Below, in pieces: positions 28,139 through 41,828 of a stretch of 64,000 nt of DNA (its first letter is position 1; every line of letters begins with the position of its first letter). The position numbers and the translations under genes were made by a program. A model generated the notes under the pieces. That model did no database searches. It worked only from the letters and a program-made list of their open reading frames with translations, and was not told where the DNA came from. The stretch lies in the NCBI RefSeq assembly GCF_009914755.1, contig NC_060928.1. One strand, given 5' to 3'. The DNA is from the human T2T-CHM13v2.0 reference genome, Homo sapiens.

Positions 28139-28575
28139 GGAGATGAGTCCCTGGTGGTTCTGGGTTTTGGCTTGAAGTTGTTACATGGTTAGTGGAGTTA
28201 TATTTCTAGAGCACCCTTGAGTGCAGTATCTCCCTTCAGAGATTTCCAGGTACATGTTTTCAGCAGCCCTTTTGGTGAACTGAGAGACATTTTTCAGAGG
28301 CGGACAACAAGATTTTTTGTTGTTTTTGTTGACGTTGTTGTGGACACTATGGACTGAGGGAGTGAGAGGGCAGTGTTCCCTCAGCACTGCCACCCCCCAT
28401 GCCTGAGTGAGGTAAAAGGCGTGTCAGGCAAAGTTTTTCTGTAATAGGTCAGGCTTGTTCTATGTTGATACAGTGACCTTGTTACATGGCAGCTCCATGG
28501 TTACATTGCAGCTGCCAGCACTCTGAATAAGAATGCAAATATCAAATGTCAGTGTCCCTTTCTCTTCCTTTCCAG

Positions 28576-28733
28576 GTGTTTAGGACAGACCTGATCACTG
28601 CCATGAAGTTGCATGACTCCTACCAGCTGAATCCGGATGAGTACTATGTGTTGGCAGATCCCTGGAGACAGGAATGGGAGAAAGGGGTCCAGGTGCCTGT
28701 GAGCCCGGGGACCATCCCTCAGCCTGTGGCCAG
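28576..28733 (+). CDS. JADE1: JADE1 coding exon 3, [16 protein letters not shown]...[20 protein letters not shown](R)
   Basis: Acceptor tctcttcctttccag|GT; donor CAG|gtagag; matches ORF 28546..28737. Confidence 0.96.
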
Positions 28734-30127
28734 GTAGAGATGCCCTGAGGACAGAAGCCTCTCCACCCACCCTTGCTCTTCTTCCCTGACAGCAGGCATC
28801 TGAGAAGAGACAATTTCTGTGGGAAGAGACAGTTTCTGAGTTAGCATTAAAATATCATGAGGCCTCAAGTGGAAATAGAAATTCAGGAGCAACATACTTC
28901 AGGCATACAGGGTAGTGGTTTTGAGGGCCATGAGCCTCCAAACTTAACATTACAGCCACCACTGTGGGGAGGTGCTGCTTTCTTATGAGAGGAAGGCAAA
29001 TTCCAAGACATCCTGGGAAGTGATGGGCTAGGGGAGGAAAATTTGGGTGTTCACACGTCTGCATCCTCTTTTCCTGCCCTCCGTATTCGCTCTGGAGAGT
29101 GGCTCTCCTGGAGAGAAGCATCTGGCTTTGTTGGGAACTAGCGCGGGCAGCTGCTCTGCCTACTGCGGTTGCCTCTGCCTTTGGAGGAGGACAGGTGTTA
29201 GGAGACCTGTCAGTTAGGGTTTGTGGAGAGGGGAGTTTTGGAGGGATTTATTTTGACTGGTCACATTATTCTTGGGGTACGTTCTCTGGATTTACTGACT
29301 TATCTTTAAGGATCCCTCAGGGTCGAGTCCCTGCCGACTCTCCTCACAATCAGGTTGCAGCTAGTTTACTCATTTCCTCACTGTGCCGCTCTGTGCCACC
29401 TGGAGAGTCCTGTTAGGAGGGAGGCTTGAGTGCCCTCTGTGCTCAGCCGGCACCTGGCTTCTCCGCCATCATCAGTTGGCTGCTGCTTTGCGAAATAGTG
29501 TCTTTCTCCACGCTGAGTCATTACTGAACTTGCTTCCTGGCCCTCACCCACTTTGTGTCTCTTTTTTTGGGCACTTAAGATTATCAAATTTGAGTTGTCA
29601 TTTTGGGATCTCTGGGGAGTCTATCCAGTGGTGACAAATGCCCCTGTCTTACTCAGGTTTAGGTGACCAGTCAGGAGTGCCAGGATGGCCCCCACAGGCT
29701 AGAGTCTGGACCTGTGGAATGGAGTGGTCATGGGGCCCTGCGGGGCAGACCAGGTATCTGCCTCAGAGCCTGTGTCTGAGATGCAGCATCACCTGATTCA
29801 GCACTGGCAGCCCCAGTCCAGGAATCACTTGCTGAATGCTTCACTTTCAGTGGGGAGCCAGGACAGAAGTGAGCATTAATACAGCTTGTGGAAGTTTTAC
29901 AAGCTGTATTAAAGTTGGAGCCCTGAGCAAGTTGGATCCCTGCTCTTGGCTGAGTAGGAGAAATAAATCCCTTCAGTTTGTCCATGTCAGTGTCACGTAG
30001 ATAAAATCACTCCCGTAATATAAGGGTGATGAAGGTACTCTGACAGACTCTGGGCAGCCTGTTGACAGTAATTTAAACTGTGGAAATGCATATGTGGAAG
30101 GACTTTGTTGAGGCCTGGGGTCTGTGA

Positions 30128-30722
<595 letters not shown>

Positions 30723-31180
30723 TGAGGTGTGAGGGTTGGCGGGTTTCTCCCTCTGGTTCTCAGAGTCTGCTGCGCCTGCCCTGCCTGTGTGGTGCCCTGG
30801 TTCTAATGGCCTCCAGCAGGGATGGGCAGGTCTGGTTAAGGGAAAGTGATTTAATGACTAACTCTTGAAATGTATGGGTCAGTGTGTTTTGGTGTTGGCT
30901 GCAGGCCAGAGTGGTCAGAGGTGGTGGGCAGGGCACAGCAGGGTCCCGGGAAGCAGATTTTGAAGGCTTCTACAGTGTTTTCATTTGTATCTATTGCCTG
31001 TTAGCAGGCTTTAACAACTTCTAGTTAAGGTTTTATTAGCAGTGACATTCAGGTTTTCAGCCTCTGGTGATGACCTGGGGCTCTAAGGGTTGGAAGAGGA
31101 AGACATTTGGGGCCTTGTGGCACACTTCATTGTCTGTGGCTGAAAGGGTAACCTGGCTGCCTTGTTTTTTTATTATCCAG

Positions 31181-31368
31181 GGTTGTGTCTGAAGAGAAAT
31201 CCCTCATGTTCATCAGGCCCAAGAAGTACATCGTGTCATCAGGCTCTGAGCCTCCCGAGTTGGGCTATGTGGACATCCGGACGCTGGCTGACAGCGTGTG
31301 TCGCTATGACCTCAATGACATGGATGCTGCATGGCTGGAACTGACCAATGAAGAATTTAAGGAGATGG
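31181..31368 (+). CDS. JADE1: JADE1 coding exon 4, [15 protein letters not shown]...[23 protein letters not shown] (EPC-like domain)
   Basis: Acceptor ttttttattatccag|GG; donor TGG|gtgaga; matches ORF 31185..31400. Confidence 0.96.
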
Positions 31369-32205
31369 GTGAGAGACCATGTATTCTATTATTTTATTAA
31401 CCAATGATGAATAGAGACATTTTAGGCAGGTAGGTGAGTAGCAGAAAGCTCCTTATTGCCAGTTGCAGGCAGCTCCATCATAGCTTTAGTCAGTGAGAAT
31501 CGCAGCCCTGCCTTAGATCTCAGCCTGTTTGGCTGTGTCAGATGTGCTGAGATGGTTTCAGAGTGGAAGCAAGGCTCCTCGGCTCAGGCACCAGGGATTC
31601 CCATCCCCGCTCTGATCTAACTCCCTCATTCACTTACCTTAAGGAAGCTGAAGTCCAGGGAAACGAAGTGACAAAAGGGCATGGCCCACAGTTACCTGCT
31701 CTAGTGTTTTTTTCCTGTGATGCCATTCGGATTCCTTCTTTAGCCGTGGTTTGCTGCTTCTCTAAATGAACACTCTTCCAGGCATGCTCCCCATTTCCAA
31801 GCACATCATGTGTGTTTTAACTTGAGCGATTTTCCTTATGTCATGCTGCAAACCTGGAGTTCTTTTTCCCTCCGTTTATCTCTGTCCTGGCTTTCCTTCA
31901 GTGAAGCCTGACATTAGCTGTGTGCCCAGCCCTTCTCCACCTCTTTTCTGCAAGCTCATTTTAGCGTATGTAGACGTTGGAGCATCTCATGGTGTTGAGA
32001 CTGGGATGGCGTATAGGTCTCATCTCACATGCCAGTCCTGATTGCTAAGGGTTGCCTTGAGGGTCTTGATGAACAAGACAGTGGAGTCAAGTCTGGGCTC
32101 AGTGTGAAAAACTGTGAGGATTAATTAGCTTTTGTGCTGTAGGTACACGGTGGGGAGGTGGTGGCAAGGGCCATGTATTGTAATCTAGGACATAGTAAAT
32201 AATCA

Positions 32206-32530
<325 letters not shown>

Positions 32531-33133
32531 TCACAAGATTTTTGTCATGGTGGATTTCACAGCCTTGAAGGGCCAAGACCTTTTGCGTCTTTCCAGGGAA
32601 CGTAGCATAGGGTGTGGCTTGCAGTAGATGCTTGTCCTGCCATTAGGCTCACCACCTGTTGAATGGGAGTGATAATGTAGACTGAGCTGAGCATGGTGTT
32701 GTCTTCTACTCGCTCAGTTACTCAAGTGTTTTTATAGACAAAATAGACTTCCTTCTTCTTGGTCCTGCTTTAGGTATTAATGGCCAAAACATTAGCAGGC
32801 CACAAGGTGGTTTTATGGCATGAGTTCAGGAGTTCTCAGAGATCTTTTGGAATTGAATACTAAATTTTAGCTTCACAGATGATACAGTTTCTGCTGTGTT
32901 GTAAGCACATTATAAAGACCAGTGTAATACACTTGACTGGAATCTAGGTGTCCTGTGTTAAGTCAGAGGACTCAGCCCAAAGACTCTTCGCATTTATGAA
33001 TGGTTTAAATAATAAGAACTGGGCTAATCCATATTTGAAGATACTGTTGAATACATTGGCAAGATTAATTTTGTAATTTTATAACATAAACGGAACGCAT
33101 GCTTAAATATGTTTGTCTTAGCTGTTATTGGTC

Positions 33134-33420
33134 TTTTTTTCTTTCTTTTTTGAGATGAAGTCTCGCTCTGTGGCCCATGCTGGAGTGCAGGGGTGCAATC
33201 TCGGCTGACTGCAACCTCTACCTCCTGAGTTCAAGCGATTCTCCTGCCCCAGCCTCCCAAGTAGCTGGGATTATTGGCACCTGCCACCATGCCTGGCTAA
33301 TTTTTGTATTTTTAGTAGAGACAGGATTTCGCCATATTGGCCAGGTTGGTCGTGAACTCCTGACCTCAAATGATCTACCTGCAAAGTACTGGGATTATAG
33401 GCATGAGCCATCGCGCCTGG
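33134..33420 (-). mobile_element. Alu (AluS-like)
   Basis: Antisense dimer with a short deletion in the left arm. Confidence 0.93.
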
Positions 33421-33869
33421 TGTTTCAGTCTTTTTTGCATTTGGTTAACTATGTTTTTCAACCTTGTAGAAGTAAGAGGATGAGGAGGGATAAACCATTT
33501 AAAAATATTTGAGTGCCCAAAGTGAAATCTGTTTTGAGAGAACTGTTTTACCTACCAAGAAAGGCAAATTTTTAAAAACATCCATACCATTATATGAAGT
33601 CATGGTTTTGAAGTCACTTACGTGTTAGTTGTTATGTGTAATGAGTATAATGAAATGACTTATTCAACAATGTATGTATTTAATATCCTTGAATCCTTTT
33701 AAAATTTACCTTTTGCTTTTCCATTTACTACACTGCATCTTCACTACCTGACCATAGGAAAATAACAGTTTCCTGGAAGACTCTCCCCTTTGAAGATTGT
33801 TTCTTAGAAGGATCTGATAAGCATTTAATAAAAAATTTTGGGGCCCTCAGAGATGGATGCATCGATGGG

Positions 33870-34124
33870 TTGATTGATTGATAGATTGAGACACGGTCTT
33901 ATGTCACTCAGCCTGGATCACAGTGGCACAGTCATGGCTCACTATAGCCCCAACCTCCTGGGCTCAAGCAGTTCTCCCACCGCAGGCTCTTGAGTAGTTG
34001 GGACTACAGGTGTGTGCCACCACGTCTGGCTAATTTTCATATTTTTTGTAGAGATGGGGTTCCACTATATTGCCCAGGCTGACCTTGAGCTCTTGGGCTC
34101 AGATGTGAGCCACCACGCCTGGCC
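33870..34124 (-). mobile_element. AluJ-like with (TTGA)n tail and internal deletion
   Basis: gtcatggctcactatagccccaacctcctgggctcaagc. Confidence 0.88.
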
Positions 34125-34259
34125 AGTGATTGGATTTATTTATTGTACAATTATTTATTCATTATACATTATTTTTAAGTATAAATAAACCAGTACTATT
34201 TTGTAATATTTATTAATATGGATTTATTAAAATGGGTTTTGTGGCATTTTTAACTTCAG

Positions 34260-34471
34260 GAATGCCTGAACTAGATGAATACACCATGGAGAGGGTCCTA
34301 GAGGAATTTGAGCAGCGATGCTACGACAATATGAATCATGCCATAGAGACTGAGGAAGGCCTGGGGATCGAATATGATGAAGATGTTGTCTGTGATGTCT
34401 GCCAGTCTCCTGATGGTGAGGACGGCAATGAGATGGTGTTCTGTGACAAATGCAACATCTGTGTGCACCAG
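34260..34471 (+). CDS. JADE1: JADE1 coding exon 5, [18 protein letters not shown]...[27 protein letters not shown] (start of PHD1)
   Basis: Acceptor tttttaacttcag|GA; donor CAG|gtatgt; C4HC3 PHD cysteine spacing. Confidence 0.97.
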
Positions 34472-34843
34472 GTATGTGGGGCAGGGAGGCCAGAAAGAAG
34501 AAACCTGGGGCATGAGCCTGTCTGCTGTGGGAGTGTATGCCTGGAGTCCAGGATTCTTCCTCCGAATGGGGTCTGTGTTTCTACGATTTAAAGAAATGTG
34601 CCCTATAGACTTTATTTTTCCCTAGTAGGTTCTTACAGTGATTGAAATATATCCTCTGCTTTTGCAGCCAGAAGGATAGCACCCTCTGTGGAAATCGTCT
34701 TTCTTCACAGTGTTTTATTCTTATCCATAAAAGTCAAGTTTACTTAAAAAGAATGTATGAGCCCCCTCTGTCCTACTGTAACACTTAAATTTAGGTATTA
34801 AGAACACTGAGAAAACAAACCTTTGAAAAGGTGGTTAGTGTGC

Positions 34844-35555
34844 TGTATTAGTTTCTTACAGCTGCCCTGTGGAACAGACAAATTACTACAGACTGTGTGT
34901 GCTTAAAACAACAAAAATGTATTGTCTTGTGGTTCTGGAAACTAAAAGTCCAGAATTGAGGTGGTGGCAGTGCTGTGCTTCCTCTGAAACATGCAGGAGA
35001 GCCCTTCCTTGCCTCTTCGTAGCTTATGGTGATTTGGGCAATCTTGGGCATTCCTTGGCTCGCGGCTGCCTTCATCATCATGTGTGTTCTCCCTGTGTCT
35101 CTGTCTTCACATGGTGGTCTTCTTTTTTTTTTTTTTTGAGATGGCTGGAGTGCAATGGCGTGGTCTTGGCTCACTGCAACCTCCGCCTCCTGGGTTCAAG
35201 TGATTCTTCCTCCTCCGCCTCCCGAGTAGCTGGGACTGCAGGAGTGTGCCACCACACCTGGCTAGAGATGGGGTTTCACTATGTTGGCCAGGCTGGTCTC
35301 GAACTCCTGACCTCATGATCCGCCCACCTTGGCCTTCCAAAGTGCTGGGATTACAGGTGTGAGGCACCGTGCCCGGTCCACATGGCGGTCTTCTTAGAAG
35401 GGTACCAGTCGTATGGGACTAGGGACCCACCCTACTTCAGAGTGAGCTCATCTTAAATAATTACATCTGCAATGACTACTTCTAAATCTAAAGAAGGTCA
35501 CATTTTGAGATATTTGGAGTTAGGACTTCAACATGTCTTTTAGAGGACACAATTT
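34844..35555 (-). mobile_element. MLT1 solo LTR (ERVL-MaLR) interrupted by an Alu
   Basis: tgtattagtttctt...ttaaaacaacaaaaatgtatt...; resumes after the Alu with ctcatcttaaataattacatctgcaatgac...ttaggacttcaacat. Confidence 0.85.
35124..35378 (-). mobile_element. Alu nested in MLT1, with internal deletions
   Basis: TSD cacatgg(t/c)ggtcttctt. Confidence 0.93.
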
Positions 35556-37832
35556 GCCGTCATATTTGTGAGCATGTGTTAGGGTATAAGCTGAGCTGTT
35601 AGAGGAAAGCAGCCCCTTTTCCTGAAGACGATTTCCTGTCTTAAAAAACAGGACAGTAGGTTTTGGTGATTGCTTGCTACCATCCACAGAAAGGGAAACC
35701 CTTAGATTTCAGGAGGATGGGCGCTAGGTAACTTAAAAAGTTTATGACAATCTCAGTGCCTCTTTTTTATTTAGTTTTTAATGCAGTAATGAAGAAATTT
35801 GGATTTGGGTGGGGACATGTGCCCACGTATATTCTTAGGATTTAAAAGGCTATCCTGAAGTACTTTCTTTAAATTCACCTGTTGATGCTGAGATTTAAAG
35901 CAAACTTAAAAGAAAGACTTGTATGGAATAGGTGCTTGGTGACTTCTTGGGAAGAAGAAGCACGTTTGCTCCATGAAGTTCTTGATTACCCTTTGCTTCA
36001 TAATTTGTGACCTCCTAGGCTTTCCCTCTGTCTGAAGACCTCCCCAGCTGTGGCCCAGTCCTGGCTCCTTGATAGGGAGACCTGCGACTCCTGCTTCAGT
36101 CATCGCCGTCTGTTGCTCTGGATCTCACACTGTCTGGGAAGTCTCCTTACGGTAGTGAGAATTCCTGTGGTGGCTTTGTTCTGTGACATGAGCATCCTGA
36201 TGACCAGTGTTGCTTTTTTGGTTGCTGGTGCTTCATGTATTTACTTGGCTGACTTCTCAGTCTTTTTCTTGTCTTTACTTGCTATTTTTTTCCCCATGAA
36301 AAATTTTTTTGAGTAAAAGCTTTCTGCTTGAAAACTGGTCAACCCCTGTGTTATCAGTGAGTTAACTGATGTCAGGGCAGGCTTGTGCAAGCTCTCACGG
36401 TGGACGTGTGGCAGAGTTGTAACTTAAGGCTTTTGGATGCCCCCTTCTCACCTTCTCTTCTTTCTGCCATATCACCTTTTCTCTTTTCCTCAACATTTAC
36501 TTCATTTTTCCTTTGAGAAATCCTTCATGGCTTATCTTTAAGGCATACTTTATGTAATCTCCTAAATTAATTTAGACCTGCTTTTCCAGGAAAAAAATTT
36601 CTTCCTTCACATGTGGCTGTAGAATGTCTGATACAGACCTTTAGTGTTTTGAAACCTTTATAGTGTCACTTAACTCCATTAAAAATTTTTTTCTAGTAAG
36701 TCTGCGTTGACGGTAGCTTATTTATGGCCCCCAAACAGCACTCTGAGGCTTCCATCTGAAGTGTGACTTTTCTTTGCTCAACTCTCATCCTTGTGGTTTC
36801 CTCTTTGCATCGTCGTGGGTATTCAGATTGCATAGTGGCTGTGTTTTTTCTGTCTGAAGAATTAGAGCTATGCTACTGTGACTCTCGACTTCCTGACTTC
36901 CAGGTCATTTATGAATAAAGTTCTGAACAGTTGGGTTTTTAAAGGGCTCTCTGAATATGCTCCTGGTACCATCGTGGTTTTTATTTATTCAGTTATTTAA
37001 CATTAACCTTTTCTGTCTTTGAACTGTCTTAATTACTTTAGTTGTAATAGCCTTGATTTCTGCAGTTTATGCCATCTTGTTTAATTTTGCCATCTTGTAC
37101 AAAACAGGCTTTGTTTTATTTTTTAATTTAAATTGTTTTTTTTGTCTCCATTTCTGAAAGGCTGAATTTGTTTTAAATACCAGCTAAGGAGACGACATTC
37201 TTCCTGTGTAGAAGGTCTCCTTTTTCTGCCCTGTTTTGTTCACTGGGAGAGTGCTGGGATCTAGTTGGTATGGAGTTTGCTTAGCCTAGGGAGTGTGCAT
37301 GCTTCTCTCCTGTTCCATTGCCATCTCATTCAGCAGCTTTGGGAGATTCTCTCAGCTGCTGTATGCTTTTTCTCCACACTCTGTATTCCACCCCACCTCT
37401 GTCAGTAAAGTAGAGAAATAGCTTCTCTCACGGAACCCTGTGGAGTGTTTCGAGGACTTACTGAGGACTTACTGCTCAATATTTAGAAACTTGGTATGGA
37501 TGGGTTTCTGCGGCAACACAGCAAAGCAGATTTCATTTAAACCTTTCTGTCCTCAAGTAGTTTCCAGGACCACCCTCTGCTAAATAAATATGTATTGTGT
37601 CAGCAGAGCTCACCTCTATTATGAATACATATTCACCTCCTAAATGCTCCTGTGAGGCTGCCGGGCATTTTCCCGAGGGGAGACGGTCGTAGCCAGGAAG
37701 CTGTGGGAGCGTCTCTGCTTTGGTGGTAGTTCTGTTAAAATCTTTCTAAGTGTTTAAAATGAATAGATATAATGGGAAAAATAACATTTTCTCTTTCTCT
37801 CTATTCCTCTGGGATGTGCCGTGGCATCACAG

Positions 37833-38000
37833 GCCTGTTATGGAATCCTCAAGGTACCAGAGGGCAGCTGGCTGTGCCGGACATGTGCCCTGGGGGTTCA
37901 GCCAAAATGTCTGCTGTGTCCGAAGAAGGGTGGAGCTATGAAGCCCACCCGTAGCGGAACCAAGTGGGTCCACGTTAGCTGTGCTCTGTGGATCCCTGAG
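37833..38000 (+). CDS. JADE1: JADE1 coding exon 6, [18 protein letters not shown]...[13 protein letters not shown] (end of PHD1 and Zn knuckle)
   Basis: Acceptor catcacag|GC; donor GAG|gtacgt; 168 nt; matches ORF 37821..38042. Confidence 0.96.
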
Positions 38001-38014
38001 GTACGTGTGGTTCT

Positions 38015-38322
38015 TTTTTTGTTGTTTTTACTTTTTTTTTAAGACAGAGTTTAACTCTGTCGCCCAGGCTGGAGTGCAGTGAGCTGGATCATGGCTCACT
38101 GCAGCCTTGACCTGCTGGGCTCAAGTGATCCTCCCACCTCAGCCTTTTGAGTAGCTGAGATTATAGGCATGTGCTACCAGGCCCAGCTTATTTTTTATTT
38201 TTTGTAGTGAGGGGATCTCACTTTGTTGACCTGGCTGGTCTCAAACTCCTGGGATCAAGCAGTCCTCTTTCCTTGGCTTTCCAAAGTGTTGGGATTACAA
38301 GCGTGAGCCACTGTGCCTGGTC
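38015..38322 (-). mobile_element. AluJ-like, starting about 15 nt after the coding exon 6 donor
   Basis: atcatggctcactgcagccttgacctgctgggctcaagtgatcctcccacc. Confidence 0.92.
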
Positions 38323-39541
38323 AAGCATGGTTTTTAATAGCACCTTAGCTCAGAAGGTCCTGGCTTTTAACTGGGATTTAGTGGGTGGGTGGAGAACCAT
38401 GCATAAATAGGCAGCATTGCAGCTATGAGTAAAAAGATACCTTTTAGTTGCTACCTTTTTCCTTGAGGAAAAACTGAATCTTAAGCACACTCTCATCTTG
38501 TCATGGAATGTAGATTCATGGAAATGTTAGCTGGAAGCAGCAGTCACTTGGGACTGGAAGTTAGTGGTGGTCACCCAGCCATCACAGTGAGCCTTCCCAT
38601 CGCGACTCTCACTCTCAGGAGCAGACCTGTAGCACTTAAACAGCTGTGGCCTGGGTGTGTCATTCCCCAAGGATCAGCTGTACATCCTGTGTGTGGCAAG
38701 CTGTACTTGAGTTGAGGCACCACCATGGTTAAAAAACCACCACTCTTAGGCATACTTTGGTGATTTTTATTTAAACTCTTATTGTGCCTCAACCTTTTTA
38801 ATTTCAGGTCTGGTCTAATTTATTTCTAGTCTCAGACCTTGACTAATATAATTTGCATAGCTCAGTGTGAGAATATAATTTGCTATTCAAATTCCAGCAT
38901 GTTTTGGGTGTGATTTTGGTACATTTTCCTCTTGGGGAATATTATTTGAGGATGATTTGGATTGAGGTTTCATGATTCGGGTCTTGGTAGCACTGAGTCT
39001 CGTGGTTTGGTATTGATGGGATACAATTCGGTGATCCAGGCTGAATGCAGAGATGATACCTTATTTATCTTTGTAATTTCCCATCTTGAATGTAGTCATG
39101 TTTCAGACTGAAGAAAATGGTTTTCTTTGGCGAGAGATTAAAAACAGGTTATATTTACTTACCCTGTTGTTGACAACCTATTTGAATCGATTTAAGATGG
39201 ATTTTTAGTCTTCACCAATTTGTTATGAGCTAGAGATTATAGACGGCATTGTCCTGGTACATGACTCTTTGTCATCAGACGCTCCGGTGAGAAGTGAAAA
39301 CTCAGTTATCTAAGTGTTTTTGACAGACAGGGATGTCTGTCAGATGGGGACTGGGCTGTGAGCTCAGTTGTCACTGGGGCTGTTCTGAGGCTTTTAAAGT
39401 AAGGGTTTGCTTTGAGTGGGTGCCCCTTGCCACTGTCTGGTAGGAGAGATGTAGGAAAGTAATGGATCTTTTAGTTTCTGACATTCATGTTCAGCCTTTG
39501 ACGACCTGAGCCACCCTGTCTTGCTGTTTTCCGACCTTTAG

Positions 39542-39658
39542 GTGAGCATTGGCAGCCCAGAGAAGATGGAGCCCATCACCAAGGTGTCACACATTCCCAG
39601 CAGCCGGTGGGCGCTAGTGTGCAGCCTCTGCAATGAGAAGTTTGGGGCCTCTATACAG
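39542..39658 (+). CDS. JADE1: JADE1 coding exon 7, [39 protein letters not shown]
   Basis: Acceptor ttttccgacctttag|GT; donor CAG|gtaatt; 117 nt, in frame; continues the PZP domain. Confidence 0.95.
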
Positions 39659-40773
39659 GTAATTAGCTTCCTAAGAATGGCTTCATTTTCCTTTCCTGCG
39701 TGGTGGGGAGCAGGATGAGGGAAGGCTCTGTGAACTGTCCAAGGGTTTGGAGAGGGGACTAGAATCCAGGAAGCAGGACGAGGTTCCCAAGGGGTGACTC
39801 CAGCCCCAGTACACACACCTTTAATAGGCTAACTGTATCCGGTGTAACTAGAACCCAAGCTTTCACAGTCACAGGGTAGTTCAGAAGTTCCCCTGAGCTG
39901 TGAGGCGGTTGCAGTTTGTCTCTCGCTACCCTTTCTGCCCAAAGTCTAGCATCGCAACTTCTTTCCATAGGCCAACACCTCCTAGCAGTCTTAGTGAGAT
40001 GTTCCTTGACACGGCATTTGAGAGTTGGCCACCCTCCCACCTGCAGTCACTGAGTGTAGCTGCAGACCCTGGCCCACCTCTGTGGCGGCCTCCTGAGATT
40101 GCAGGTTTCCATGGTGTGCGCACACCTGTTAGTAATCAAGGGGACATGCTAATGCATTTGCAGTTGGAAAAACAGAGACTCTTTGAACACGGCCTGGGTA
40201 GAGGGGCATCTGTGAGGAGTTCCTGTGTATGCTGTCATCTCATTGGGGCATCATTTGGATGTCTGATTCTTTATGGCACCAGGCGCGCATGCACGTGTGT
40301 GTGTGTGTGAGCGTGAGCGAAAGAGTGCGTGCACACCTGTGTGTAAACATGTTGCCTGCCTGCTTTTGCATATCCAGGTACAGACAAGTATAGGATGTCA
40401 TGAGATAGGGGAATTAAGGAGGGAATATAGATGGCATGCTGTTTTTCATGTGGTCTAAGACCCTACTGAGAAGTTCGTTTTTAGGCCTCACATTATTGAC
40501 ATCTAGACAGTCAGGATTAGAGAGGCCTGCAGTGCTGTGTGGCTGATGGGGGCCCTTCAGGTTAAGTTTGGATCTTCTCGGATGTACTAGCACAGGCCAC
40601 AGGCTCTTCTTCCTTGGTTTCCTCATTGAATTCTGGGAGCAGAGGCACTGTTTTGGGATGGCTTCTTTCTCAAAGCAGCTCAGCACAGACATAAGCTCCG
40701 AGAGCATGGTCATCCTGTCAGCCATGGGTTTTAAAGAAATGACCTCATTTGGCAAAGTCGGTTTGTATTTTGA

Positions 40774-41109
<336 letters not shown>

Positions 41110-41372
41110 TATTTTTAAATTTTTTTAACAAGCCAAGTGGTTCTACTTTTCTTCTTTATCACTTTGACTAGTGTTCAAGAATCCAAAATATAACAGAAAT
41201 ATTTGGAGGGTGGGTCATGAGACAGCTGGTGGGATTTGGCTGGGGACCTTGAAATAGTGGAGATATTTTTGGCATGTGAATACATGACAAACGCCTCTGG
41301 CCCGAGTTGGATTGGGGAAGGAGGAGGAAAGAGTGGAGCAGGAAGAGAAAAGGGCAGGGAGCTGATGAACTT

Positions 41373-41828
41373 GAGTGTGTGTGTGTATGCATGTGTGAGT
41401 GTGTGTGTATGGGTGTGTGTGTGAGTATGCGTATGTGGGTGAGCATGCATATGTGTGCATGTGTGGGGGTGTGAGTGTGCATGTGGTTATGTGTATGTGT
41501 GTATGCATGTGTATTTGGTTATGCATATGTATGCTGTATGCATGTATGCGTATTTGAGTATGCGTGTGTGAATGTGTATGTGTGTGAGTATGCATGCGTG
41601 AGTGCGTATGCGTGTGTATGCATGTGTGCATATGTATGCATGTGTGTATGCGCGTGAGTGCGTGAGTATGCACATGAGTATGCATGTGAGTATGCATGTG
41701 TATGTGTGTATGCGTGTGAGTATGCTTGTGTATGTGTGTATGCATGCGTGTATATGTGTATGCGTGTATGCGTGTATGTGTGAGTGTGCATGTGTATGAG
41801 TGTGTAAGTATGTGTATGCACGTGTGCA
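41373..41828. repeat. Degenerate (TG)n / alternating purine-pyrimidine array, about 455 bp
   Basis: Mosaic of tgtg, tatg, catg, cgtg and gagt units; source of the His/Thr- and Cys/Val-rich ORFs. Confidence 0.95.
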
